From Candidatus Doudnabacteria bacterium (GTDB lineage Bacteria > Patescibacteriota > Doudnabacteria > UBA920): 64,000 bases of DNA. The position numbers and the translations under genes are program-made. The notes under the pieces were generated by a model that saw only the letters and a list, made by a program, of their open reading frames with translations, did no database searches and was not told the DNA's origin. Below, piece by piece: positions 54,988 to 63,551 of the stretch (position 1 is its first letter; every line of letters starts with the position of its first letter). The DNA lies in assembly GCA_963837465.1 (NCBI GenBank), contig CAWINB010000004.1, forward strand, positions 586,853-650,852. The letters are read 5' to 3'.

Positions 54988-55070
54988 GTTTACGAAGTAC
55001 GAACAGGTACGAACTTACGAATCAATGACGCATCGTTTCGTAAGTTCGTAAAGCTTCGTACTTCGTAAAC
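54988..55070. repeat. 83-bp nested palindrome built from four TACGAA repeats and four TTCGTA repeats
   Basis: outer 16-bp arms GTTTACGAAGTACGAA/TTCGTACTTCGTAAAC, inner 14-bp arms GTACGAACTTACGAA/TTCGTAAGTTCGTA; between pcrA stop and rsmA start. Confidence 0.85.
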
Positions 55071-55084
55071 TCATTGGTTAACTT

Positions 55085-55981
55085 ATGGACACAGAGCAGC
55101 TCAAAAACCTGTTAAGGAGCTATGGCCTAAAGCCCAATTTTACCTATGGGCAGAATTTTTTAATCGATGATTTTGTTTTGCGGGATATCGCGGACGCGGC
55201 GGAAATAACATCAAGCGACAGGGTTTTGGAAATCGGGCCGGGCATTGGCAATTTAACCCGCCTGTTGTGCGAGCGCGCCGGATTTGTTTTAAGCATTGAA
55301 AAAGACCCAAAATTTTTCCCTGTCCTTAAGGCGCTAAAAAAGGATTTCCCCAAAAACTTCCGTTTTGAAATCGCCGACGCGCTGGAATTTAATTTCCAGG
55401 ATGTGTTGCGTAGCGTGCCCATAAATGGGCACGCTGCACTTCGAGCGCAACTAACCCCTAACCCCTATACCCTAACCCCTGGTTACAAAGTTGTCGCCAA
55501 CATCCCGTACTACATCACCGGAAAAATTTTGCAAATGTTAATGACCGCGAAATTTAAACCAAGCTCAATAACTATATTGACCCAAAAAGAAGTCGCGTAT
55601 AATTTGGCGGCGCAGGCGGGCAAGCTGGGCATACTGGCAATTTCCGTACAGCTGTTCGGCCGGCCAAAATTAATACAAACGGTTTTGGCCAGAAGTTTTT
55701 ATCCCGCTCCCAAAGTTGACAGCGCCATTGTAAAAATAGATTTGTACAGGGAGCCAAAATATAAAATCACCGACGAAAAAAGATTTTTTAAAATTGTTAA
55801 AGCCTGCTTCTCCGGCAAACGAAAACAAATCCACAACACCCTGGTTAACAACCTGCATTTGGAAAAAATCCGCGCGATGGATGTTTTAGCCGAGTTAAAA
55901 ATAAATCCCGCGGCAAGACCGCAGGAGTTGACGATAGAGCAATGGGTAACATTAACAGATAAAATTTCAAATTTCAAATGA
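55085..55981 (+). CDS. rsmA: 16S rRNA (adenine1518/1519-N6)-dimethyltransferase
   Basis: SAM motif LEIGPGIGNLT, VVANIPYYIT; contains in-frame heptamer-repeat insertion. Confidence 0.85.
   Translation: MDTEQLKNLLRSYGLKPNFTYGQNFLIDDFVLRDIADAAEITSSDRVLEIGPGIGNLTRLLCERAGFVLSIEKDPKFFPVLKALKKDFPKNFRFEIADALEFNFQDVLRSVPINGHAALRAQLTPNPYTLTPGYKVVANIPYYITGKILQMLMTAKFKPSSITILTQKEVAYNLAAQAGKLGILAISVQLFGRPKLIQTVLARSFYPAPKVDSAIVKIDLYREPKYKITDEKRFFKIVKACFSGKRKQIHNTLVNNLHLEKIRAMDVLAELKINPAARPQELTIEQWVTLTDKISNFK
55451..55480 (+). repeat. CTAACCC-like heptamer repeats (telomere-like CCCTAA register) inside rsmA
   Basis: CTAACCCCTAACCCCTATACCCTAACCCCT; encodes LTPNPYTLTP insert. Confidence 0.85.
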
Positions 55982-56037
55982 ATGACTTAATTTAAAAATC
56001 AGGATTTTATTTGAAATTTGAAATTTGAAATTTGTAA

Positions 56038-56535
56038 TTAGTTTATAAGCCGGACTTCATCTCCGGTTTTTATTTTGTTTTCCGCCGTCCACCCGGCGTT
56101 AACCTCCACCACCCAGTTGACAGGCGATGGGGGATAGTACAGCGGAAGGTTTTTCTGACAGCCGACAGCCGACAGCTGACAGCTGGGCGCCGGAACGTTG
56201 GCAGTTATCCCGATGACTTTATTTTTATAAATCCAAATCATATCCAGATTAAATTTCATATCCGGCATCCAAAACGCCGGGTCAACCGCCGCGTCGCTGC
56301 CAAAATCAAACAACATGCCTTGGCTGTTTTCCATAGACGCCCTGTCCGACAAACCCTGGGCTTCCGTCCGCGGCGTGTCGGCAATTTCCACCATCAAAAC
56401 CTGACTACCTATTTGCAGCCGATGCGTGTAGTTGTAAGCCGGTGAAAAATTGGCGGAGCTGGGCGATATAATCGGCCTTGAGCTGCAGCCGGCAGCCAAA
56501 AATATTAAACCGATTAAAACAATGTCCCTTTTCAT
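56038..56535 (-). CDS. DUF192-domain lipoprotein
   Basis: lipobox LAAGCSS after signal; DUF192 block GMLFDFGSDAAVDPAFWMPDMKFNLDMIW. Confidence 0.65.
   Translation of the reverse strand: MKRDIVLIGLIFLAAGCSSRPIISPSSANFSPAYNYTHRLQIGSQVLMVEIADTPRTEAQGLSDRASMENSQGMLFDFGSDAAVDPAFWMPDMKFNLDMIWIYKNKVIGITANVPAPSCQLSAVGCQKNLPLYYPPSPVNWVVEVNAGWTAENKIKTGDEVRLIN
56157..56185. repeat. tandem heptamer (GACAGCY)x4 inside DUF192 gene
   Basis: GACAGCCGACAGCCGACAGCTGACAGCTG. Confidence 0.85.
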
Positions 56536-56709
56536 TATTTTATAGTAGCATCTATTGCAAAATTTTTCCAAGTGTGCTATAATGAATTTACAAAGTTAAA
56601 AGAAAGCGCAAGAAACCAAAACAAAACTTAAATTGATAAAAGCGCGTTTGTCATAAGCTTAATTTTTTAGGCTTATTTATGCTTGTGAAACAAAAATAAA
56701 TTTAAATTT

Positions 56710-57189
56710 ATGAGGCATTATCATATAACAAGAGTTTTATATATTTCATTAGTGGCGACTGTTTTGACTTGCGGAGCGGTTATCGCGATTTACGCCCAGG
56801 TTCAGCCTGCTCAAGCTCAGGTGGCGCAGCCTTTTATACCCGAAGGAGGCAGAATCATAAGCACCGTAGTCCCTGTTATCGGCATTCCCGGAATTTCGCA
56901 GTTGGCGTGTCCTTCTTATGTATTAATACAGAACAGTGACCCCACCAGTCCGCTGCCGCAGTTTGGGTTATTTATTCCTCCCGGTTTGCAAGCCGACATA
57001 TACGATTATAAAAATTTAGTTACTCCGGGTGTCGCGGAACTCGGAGGTTATGTGCCGGTTCCTGACGCTGCTTGCGGCGTAACTCTCAGCGGTTTTTCGG
57101 TGTTCCCGCTTTTTTACAACGCCCCTTTTCTTTTTAATAGGTACCGGTGCCGTGCCGGGAAATTAAATATGGGATTAAAAATTTTATGA
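56710..57189 (+). CDS. hypothetical secreted protein (159 aa)
   Basis: N-terminal signal peptide with AQAQ cleavage region; Pro/Gly-rich. Confidence 0.45.
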   Translation: MRHYHITRVLYISLVATVLTCGAVIAIYAQVQPAQAQVAQPFIPEGGRIISTVVPVIGIPGISQLACPSYVLIQNSDPTSPLPQFGLFIPPGLQADIYDYKNLVTPGVAELGGYVPVPDAACGVTLSGFSVFPLFYNAPFLFNRYRCRAGKLNMGLKIL

Positions 57190-58013
57190 ACTATCCGGAA
57201 TCTCAAAATTTATCTTTGTCCGCCAAAGCTCCCATTCACTGGGGGCACTTTGGAGTTATTATGATGACAGCGGTTTTGCTGCTGGGACTTTCCTGGTTTG
57301 AAAAACCGCAGCTTTTTGATTTTCATAAAAGCCAGGACGTGGCGGATAACAGCGACGTGCCGCGTTACTATCCTTATGTCGCGCCGTCCCAGGATCAGGT
57401 TCAGCCCCAGGTTTTGGGAGCCAGTACAGACCAGGGGCCGGAAATTATCGGCGACGACGGTACGGTTCAGCCGGTGGATTTGGGAGAAGTTTTGGGCGCT
57501 AGTACCCAGGGTGTCGTATTGTCCACCGCTGACGTAAAAGTTAATACAATTCCGGACTCGGCCATGGCCATAACAAATTATTTTATCCAGGCTGAGAAAA
57601 TAGAACTTGATCCGGTCGATGACGCGGCCTTTGAAGCGGCCCTGTCTTCCAACGACCAAAATCAGTTAAACCAGCAGGCTCAAAAACTAACGGCCGTGGT
57701 CAATGCTTTACAAAAATTATCCGTGCCGCGAAGCCTGGTTAATCTGCAGCAGCTAAAAATTGTACAATATAATTCCGCTATTGCTTTACTCCAAAATTTT
57801 ACGCAGGCTGATCAGAACCCAACTTTGGTGGATCAATACTTGGAACAGTTTATAAAAAGTCAGCAGGACTTGGATACGGAAAATGCCAACATAGCGCAAA
57901 AATTTGGCAGCCTGGATCCGCAGGCGGCTTTGTATTCCCAAAGCAGTCAATCTGCCGATGGTCTTTCCGGTACTTTAAACGACTCAAACGCAACCGATAA
58001 TGCTTCGCAATAA
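57186..58013 (+). CDS. hypothetical membrane-anchored Gln-rich protein
   Basis: one TM helix then Q/A/L-rich coiled region. Confidence 0.45.
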   Translation: MNYPESQNLSLSAKAPIHWGHFGVIMMTAVLLLGLSWFEKPQLFDFHKSQDVADNSDVPRYYPYVAPSQDQVQPQVLGASTDQGPEIIGDDGTVQPVDLGEVLGASTQGVVLSTADVKVNTIPDSAMAITNYFIQAEKIELDPVDDAAFEAALSSNDQNQLNQQAQKLTAVVNALQKLSVPRSLVNLQQLKIVQYNSAIALLQNFTQADQNPTLVDQYLEQFIKSQQDLDTENANIAQKFGSLDPQAALYSQSSQSADGLSGTLNDSNATDNASQ

Positions 58014-59934
58014 ATTGCAAAAAATCGTTATTGCTTTTTTAATCCTCAGCCAACTCATTTGGCCGTATCTTGTTTTGGCCCAGGTATCGGTGCCAGTTAC
58101 CGACAGTAATAATGGTAATACTGCCGGAGGTGTGGCAGGGGTTCTGACAAATACGTCGGAGCTAGCGATTTTGACTGGCTATTTCAAAACTTTATATCAG
58201 GTGGCCTGCCTGGCGCCCGTGCAATATGCCGAGAAAGGCTATGCTGCGGCTCATTTTTCAGCTTCAACTGCAGCGATCACAAATCCTAGCGGCAGTGCCC
58301 TGCAAATACAGGCCATGACGGACTTGGATACAGTTTATCTTACTTATATGATTTGTGCCGGACTTCAATTGGGTCAGAGCTTTGTGGGAACAGCGGCTCC
58401 TCCTATTATTTTGGCAAATTTACCCGCATCCAGTACTTATGTAGGCAATGTTAAGCAACAATATCTCAACCAGATCACCCAAGACCTTAACAATTACAGT
58501 AAAAAGGAACAAAATTTGTCTGCTCAGTTGGACAGCGCCAACCAGGGGTTTTGGAAAACTTTGTTGATCAGCGTGTTGCTGCAAACCAGTAAAGCCGTGG
58601 CCGATGCTTTGGTCAGCAAGCTGGTCAGCAATTATAAAATTACCAACCTAAAGCAGTACACCAATTCCGTAGCCACGTTAATGTACGACAACCAGTTTAT
58701 CCGCGACAACTTTCCGGACAGCCAGGGGCAGTTAATGGCGCGGGCGATTTTGGAGAATCCGGCTTTTCGCGCTCAAATCCAGCCGGGGATTTTTGCGGCC
58801 GCCGACGCGGCTTTGGGGTATAACCCCAGCGCCATCAACCCGGCCAGCCCGACTTTTTACACCCAAATGGCCGCCGCGGGATCAAGTTCGGCCAATCCTT
58901 ATTTTATGCAGAGCTCTTACGTGGCCGGTGTTGACCAATCCCACGCCGCCTCCATGGCCACGGCCCAGCAGCAAATTAGCCAGGGCAGCGGTTACAAAGC
59001 CCCGGTTAACTGCGCGGGTGCTTTATCCCAGCAGCAGCAAATTGATACTATAGACACCGCGGCCCAGGCCCAATTGGCCAATCGCCAGGCTTTGCTTTTA
59101 AATCTCCAGCAAGCCCAGGCCGCGGGTCAGAAAGTTTCAGCCAGCGATATTAATAAAGCACAGAGCGATTACAACGCGTCTTTAAACGCCTGGAATAATT
59201 TACCTTATACGGTTTCCGGCACCAGCAGCGTAAGCAGCCTGTCGGCCTCCGGTGGAAATAATACGGAGGGTTCCATGGCCATTGTTATGTGCGAGGCTGT
59301 TTCTTCCCCTGCCGTTTTAATCAACCAGGGAATTAATTCCATATTTACGGCTTTGGGAGGCAATCTGACCCAGTACAACAGCAGCAACCTGCCGGCTTAC
59401 ATTAACACCATCACTGGCGTGGCCTCCCAAATTGGCACCAGTATGGTGCTGGGCGGCTTGAACGCCGGCGCCAGCAGCGCTTTGGTAAATGAAAATAAAA
59501 CCGTAGCGGCTACGGCGCAACTGGGCGGGCAAATTTCTTCCAGCAACACGGCATCGAATTTGGGCAGCGGGATTGTGTTTTATTCCACCCAGGGTTCCGG
59601 CAGTTCCGCTACTTTAAACTGGCAAATTTCGACCGCCCAGCTGACTACGGCCAGCTATGTGACTGTTACGGGTCCGGGTTTGCAGCCTGGTAATCAGCCG
59701 TTAACAGGAAGTGTTAGCGTGGCGCCAAGCTTCGCCGCCAATTACGTGCTGACAGTTTTTAGCGCCGCCAACCAAAACTTGGGTTCATCCACCGTCAATG
59801 TAATCCCAAGCTCCGGCGCCGGCTTAAGTTACAACAACACGGGCGCCCCGGAAGTCGCCGGCGCGTTTATTGCCGCCACAGGCATTGCCACCCGCGGCCC
59901 GCTGCCTGACTTTGAGCCCCGCGGCCCGCGGTAA
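58000..59934 (+). CDS. hypothetical secreted protein (644 aa), Ala/Ser/Gln/Asn-rich
   Basis: signal peptide VLAQVS, no further TM, low-complexity surface-protein-like composition. Confidence 0.5.
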   Translation: MLRNKLQKIVIAFLILSQLIWPYLVLAQVSVPVTDSNNGNTAGGVAGVLTNTSELAILTGYFKTLYQVACLAPVQYAEKGYAAAHFSASTAAITNPSGSALQIQAMTDLDTVYLTYMICAGLQLGQSFVGTAAPPIILANLPASSTYVGNVKQQYLNQITQDLNNYSKKEQNLSAQLDSANQGFWKTLLISVLLQTSKAVADALVSKLVSNYKITNLKQYTNSVATLMYDNQFIRDNFPDSQGQLMARAILENPAFRAQIQPGIFAAADAALGYNPSAINPASPTFYTQMAAAGSSSANPYFMQSSYVAGVDQSHAASMATAQQQISQGSGYKAPVNCAGALSQQQQIDTIDTAAQAQLANRQALLLNLQQAQAAGQKVSASDINKAQSDYNASLNAWNNLPYTVSGTSSVSSLSASGGNNTEGSMAIVMCEAVSSPAVLINQGINSIFTALGGNLTQYNSSNLPAYINTITGVASQIGTSMVLGGLNAGASSALVNENKTVAATAQLGGQISSSNTASNLGSGIVFYSTQGSGSSATLNWQISTAQLTTASYVTVTGPGLQPGNQPLTGSVSVAPSFAANYVLTVFSAANQNLGSSTVNVIPSSGAGLSYNNTGAPEVAGAFIAATGIATRGPLPDFEPRGPR

Positions 59935-59961
59935 TAAAACCCAGGTAAGTTGTTAATAAAA

Positions 59962-59992
59962 AACCTATCCATAAAAGGATCGGTTTTTTTTG
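59962..59992 (+). terminator. weak hairpin plus T8 terminator
   Basis: AACCTATCC-ataaaa-GGATCGGTT followed by TTTTTTTT. Confidence 0.4.
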
Positions 59993-60142
59993 TGAGGATA
60001 AGTCAGTCAAAACAGTCAATGCAAAATTCCCCTTGATGACAGCCTTTAAGGGGAATGAGGTGGTAAGCCATCTTTATCAGGTGGTTTCGTCCGCAGATGT
60101 TCTTAGACTCCGATTTATATCCAGAATATCCCCACCGCTCTT

Positions 60143-60171
60143 AAAAATTTTGTGATTTTTTAAATTTGTGG
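60143..60171 (+). promoter_or_regulatory. sigma70-like promoter: -35 TTGTGA, 16-nt spacer, extended -10 TGgTATAAT
   Basis: read directly upstream of 60228 ORF. Confidence 0.5.
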
Positions 60172-60227
60172 TATAATTTTAATGAAATTTGAACCAAAAA
60201 AGCCGTATTCATTAAACTTTTAAAGCC

Positions 60228-63200
60228 TTGCCCGGCCCTAATTTGAAACAAAAAAAAGAAAATAAAAAATCCCTTTTTACCCTCAACCGATTAACAACAT
60301 CGTCTATTTTTACATTCAAATTAGCGGCGGGCTTGTTTGAGAAATTAAAACAAAATTTTTTGAAGTTTAGTTTAAATAAATCCCTAATATTTTTGTCCCT
60401 TCCAGCCATAGCCCTAGGGATGGCTTTTTTATTGCCTCAAACGGCTTTGGCGCAGACTCCTACCGCAGTCACTTACCCAAGCGGCGGCATAACGGCAAAA
60501 GTGGATGTACAAGTAAACGGACAAAACAGTAATTATGTTCAATCATCCGGTCAAGGTGTAAGTTTTACTGTTTTACTGACTATCACTGGCCTTACGGATG
60601 TTAATGGGCAGAGTAATCATCCCCAGTTAAACCTTGGAACAGATATGCTTAAGGGACCCTCGACCAATAGCGGCTTTGTAATCTCGTCTTTTGGGGCAGG
60701 AGTTGATATTGCTGGCACGAGTGCCAATGGCAATACTTGCCAAACAATTAGCAGTAATTACGATACATGCAATTTTTCCAAAGGAAGCGGACAGGTTCAG
60801 GTTAATGGAAATTCAATCGTGTTGAATCAACAATACCCTGTTGTTTTCAATTTAAGCGCCACCGCCCTAAATTCTTTAAAAGTTACTACTCCCTGCGCCT
60901 GGAATAAGTCTGCTGCGAATCCCCAGACAGGCTGCTTCGCTATTTATCCTTATTTTAATTTACAGGCTTGTTTTAATAATAGTTGTTCGGCAGTTCAGCC
61001 GCTTGCCTTAGATAATGTGGGGTTTGCAATGTACGTTGGGTCTGCTGCGACTGCGCCAACTGATGTTCCTGCTTACGGCAGCACAACTGGGACTGCGAAT
61101 AGCACGCAAGCTCCATCCGCCGTAAATGGAATAATTAGCCTGCTCATCTCCGTCGTCCAATTTATTGTTGGCTTGCTTATCGCTTTTGTTTATTGGGTTT
61201 TTTCTTTGGTTATTGTGCCAATTATTAGCGGGGTGTTGGGCATACATGCTTATACCGACAACTTTGTGGCGGTTATATATCCGGGGTGGATTGTTATTCG
61301 GAATTTGTGCGATATATTTTTTGTTATCGCGCTTATAATTATTGCCATGGCCACACTGTTTAGAATAGAGAGCTACCAGTATAAGCATTTGCTGGTGCAG
61401 TTGATTGTGGCCGCGCTGTTAATAAATTTTAGCTTGGTTATTGGCCAGGCGGTTTTGGGTTTGGCCGATACCGTGCAAAGCCAGTTTTTACCGCAAAATC
61501 AAAAGCAAGTAGAGGCTTTGGGCGGTGATTTAATGGCCGGAGCCAGAAATGCCACAATAAATTATACTCAAGCCACTACAGCCAACGCGCCAAATACCGG
61601 CGACCTTTTGGCGCAGGTTGTCCAGCCGATGTTCTGGCTTGCTTTGGCCACCGGAACTTTTGCCGTGTTTTGCGCCATTGCGGTGTTTTTGTGCATTAGG
61701 ATAATTGCTTTGTGGATTTTGCTTATGATATCACCCATAGCCTACGCTTGTGGCGTGCTGCCCAGTACGGCAGGGTATCGTGATGAATGGTGGAAAAACT
61801 TTTTAAAGTACGCATTTTTTACGCCCATAATGGCTATGTTCCTTAACATTGCCGCTGTAGTTGCCTTGTCTTCGGCCGCGGCGCCGGTGTTCCAGCAAGC
61901 CGCGGGCTTAAGCCTTACCAACCTTTCCGCCAACGTTGGCAGTTTTGTTTTTTCCGTAGGCAGTTACGTTTTACTCCTAGTCTTCCTGGTAGCCTCCCTA
62001 ATGGTCGCCGAAAAATTCAGCATCTTCGGCGCAGAGGGCATAACCAAACTGGCCAAACAAGGCATCTACGCGCCTTTTGCTGTGGCAGGGAAAGGATTTA
62101 AGGCCGCAGGTAATCGCAGTTTAGAATTTGCGAGCGATACAACCCACGTTGAATTAGACCCCAGAGTTTGGCAACATGAAATAGGTGAGTACCTAAAAAA
62201 AAGGAAGAGAGACAGGCAATTGGCCAGAGAAGAAAGAACATTAGGTGGGTTGCCTACAGGCTCTCCCCGAGATTTATTGGAAAATTATGTAAACGGCAGA
62301 GGTATGAAGCGCGTATGGGAGAGCAGGTTTGGGTTAAGAGGCTTTAAACATAATATGACAAAGGCCAAAGAATTAGAAGAAAAAGCTAAGTTACTTTCTG
62401 ATAATGACAGGGCAAGAGTGCAAAGCGAAATCGCAGCTAATAATAGCAATCTAAGTAATCTTATGAATCAACGTTCGGCTTTAGTAGCTGCTGGTGGAGA
62501 CACTAAAGCGATTGATGTGCAAATTTCTAGCTTGAATGTAGTTATAAAAACAGCCACAGATAAATTGGCAGATGATTTGAGAAGAAGGATAGATGAAAAG
62601 GTTGGCAATACTTGGTCAGATGAGCAGAGAGATAAAGTTAAAGCAGAATACAAAAAGTTTTTGGCTCTTGCTGAACAAGTAGAAAGACCCGAGGCTTATT
62701 ACGCGCGAGCGGCGCGTTTAGAGAGAGAGGCCGAGGAGGATAAGAAGATTTCTAAAATACATGATGAAGGTGAACTTAATAAGTTGCTTAGAAACGCCAG
62801 GCGACAAGGGGACAAGCCAAAAGCGGTAGCTATTTGGAAAAAACTGACTAGAGACAGAAACTTAAATGAAGCTTTGGAAGACGAAGGTCTTAGTACAAGT
62901 TTTGAAGATATAATCAAGTTCTACGAGGGCTGGACCGATGACGAAGGAGTTGCGCATGCAGGTTTGGCTAAGGATTTGGGCATGAATCATCACGAAATGA
63001 TGCAAGTGGCCACGGAGGTTGGCTATGATGCTGAAGAATCAAAGCAATATAATGGTGCCCGTATGACTTGGATTGACCCAACAACCGGGCAATTAAATTG
63101 GAACGGTTATAAAGGGCATCATTCTGACGGCGGTGTTCAGCATACGAAACATGTTTTAACCGAAGCTAGGAAGTCCGAGCCAAGAAGGAGAGCCGGCGAT

Positions 63201-63530
63201 TTGCCCAGGTGGACTTATGGTGATGAACACTACGATGAAAACCTTGGCCGCAGGGTTTTCAAATTGAATAGAGTAGGTATGGATTTGCTTTTAGATTATG
63301 CCAGCCCTGGTCAGGAACGATGGGCCAGAGAGCAATTTAATACCTGGTCAGCTGCGGCCGCTGAATCTGATCCCGAATTTGAACAGAAGCTAAGAGCCCG
63401 CGGAAAAGAAAGAGGGCTGGATATCCCGGTAGAAGATCCCGCCAAGCCGGGGGTAAAAGTAAATTATGTTGATAAGGTTATTGAAAATATCCATATGGTT
63501 GGCAAAGGAGAATATACTAGTAAAAAATAA
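60228..63530 (+). CDS. large (up to 1100 aa) VirB6/TrbL-like polytopic membrane protein: signal peptide, ~280-aa Asn/Ser/Gln-rich extracytoplasmic domain, ~8 TM core, ~500-aa charged coiled-coil cytoplasmic tail
   Basis: hydrophobicity pattern and domain order read from translation; real start may be TTG near 60360 giving signal MKFSLNKSLIFLSLPAIALGMAFLLPQTALA. Confidence 0.6.
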   Translation: MPGPNLKQKKENKKSLFTLNRLTTSSIFTFKLAAGLFEKLKQNFLKFSLNKSLIFLSLPAIALGMAFLLPQTALAQTPTAVTYPSGGITAKVDVQVNGQNSNYVQSSGQGVSFTVLLTITGLTDVNGQSNHPQLNLGTDMLKGPSTNSGFVISSFGAGVDIAGTSANGNTCQTISSNYDTCNFSKGSGQVQVNGNSIVLNQQYPVVFNLSATALNSLKVTTPCAWNKSAANPQTGCFAIYPYFNLQACFNNSCSAVQPLALDNVGFAMYVGSAATAPTDVPAYGSTTGTANSTQAPSAVNGIISLLISVVQFIVGLLIAFVYWVFSLVIVPIISGVLGIHAYTDNFVAVIYPGWIVIRNLCDIFFVIALIIIAMATLFRIESYQYKHLLVQLIVAALLINFSLVIGQAVLGLADTVQSQFLPQNQKQVEALGGDLMAGARNATINYTQATTANAPNTGDLLAQVVQPMFWLALATGTFAVFCAIAVFLCIRIIALWILLMISPIAYACGVLPSTAGYRDEWWKNFLKYAFFTPIMAMFLNIAAVVALSSAAAPVFQQAAGLSLTNLSANVGSFVFSVGSYVLLLVFLVASLMVAEKFSIFGAEGITKLAKQGIYAPFAVAGKGFKAAGNRSLEFASDTTHVELDPRVWQHEIGEYLKKRKRDRQLAREERTLGGLPTGSPRDLLENYVNGRGMKRVWESRFGLRGFKHNMTKAKELEEKAKLLSDNDRARVQSEIAANNSNLSNLMNQRSALVAAGGDTKAIDVQISSLNVVIKTATDKLADDLRRRIDEKVGNTWSDEQRDKVKAEYKKFLALAEQVERPEAYYARAARLEREAEEDKKISKIHDEGELNKLLRNARRQGDKPKAVAIWKKLTRDRNLNEALEDEGLSTSFEDIIKFYEGWTDDEGVAHAGLAKDLGMNHHEMMQVATEVGYDAEESKQYNGARMTWIDPTTGQLNWNGYKGHHSDGGVQHTKHVLTEARKSEPRRRAGDLPRWTYGDEHYDENLGRRVFKLNRVGMDLLLDYASPGQERWAREQFNTWSAAAAESDPEFEQKLRARGKERGLDIPVEDPAKPGVKVNYVDKVIENIHMVGKGEYTSKK

Positions 63531-63551
63531 GCAACCTTAGGTTTTTAACTT

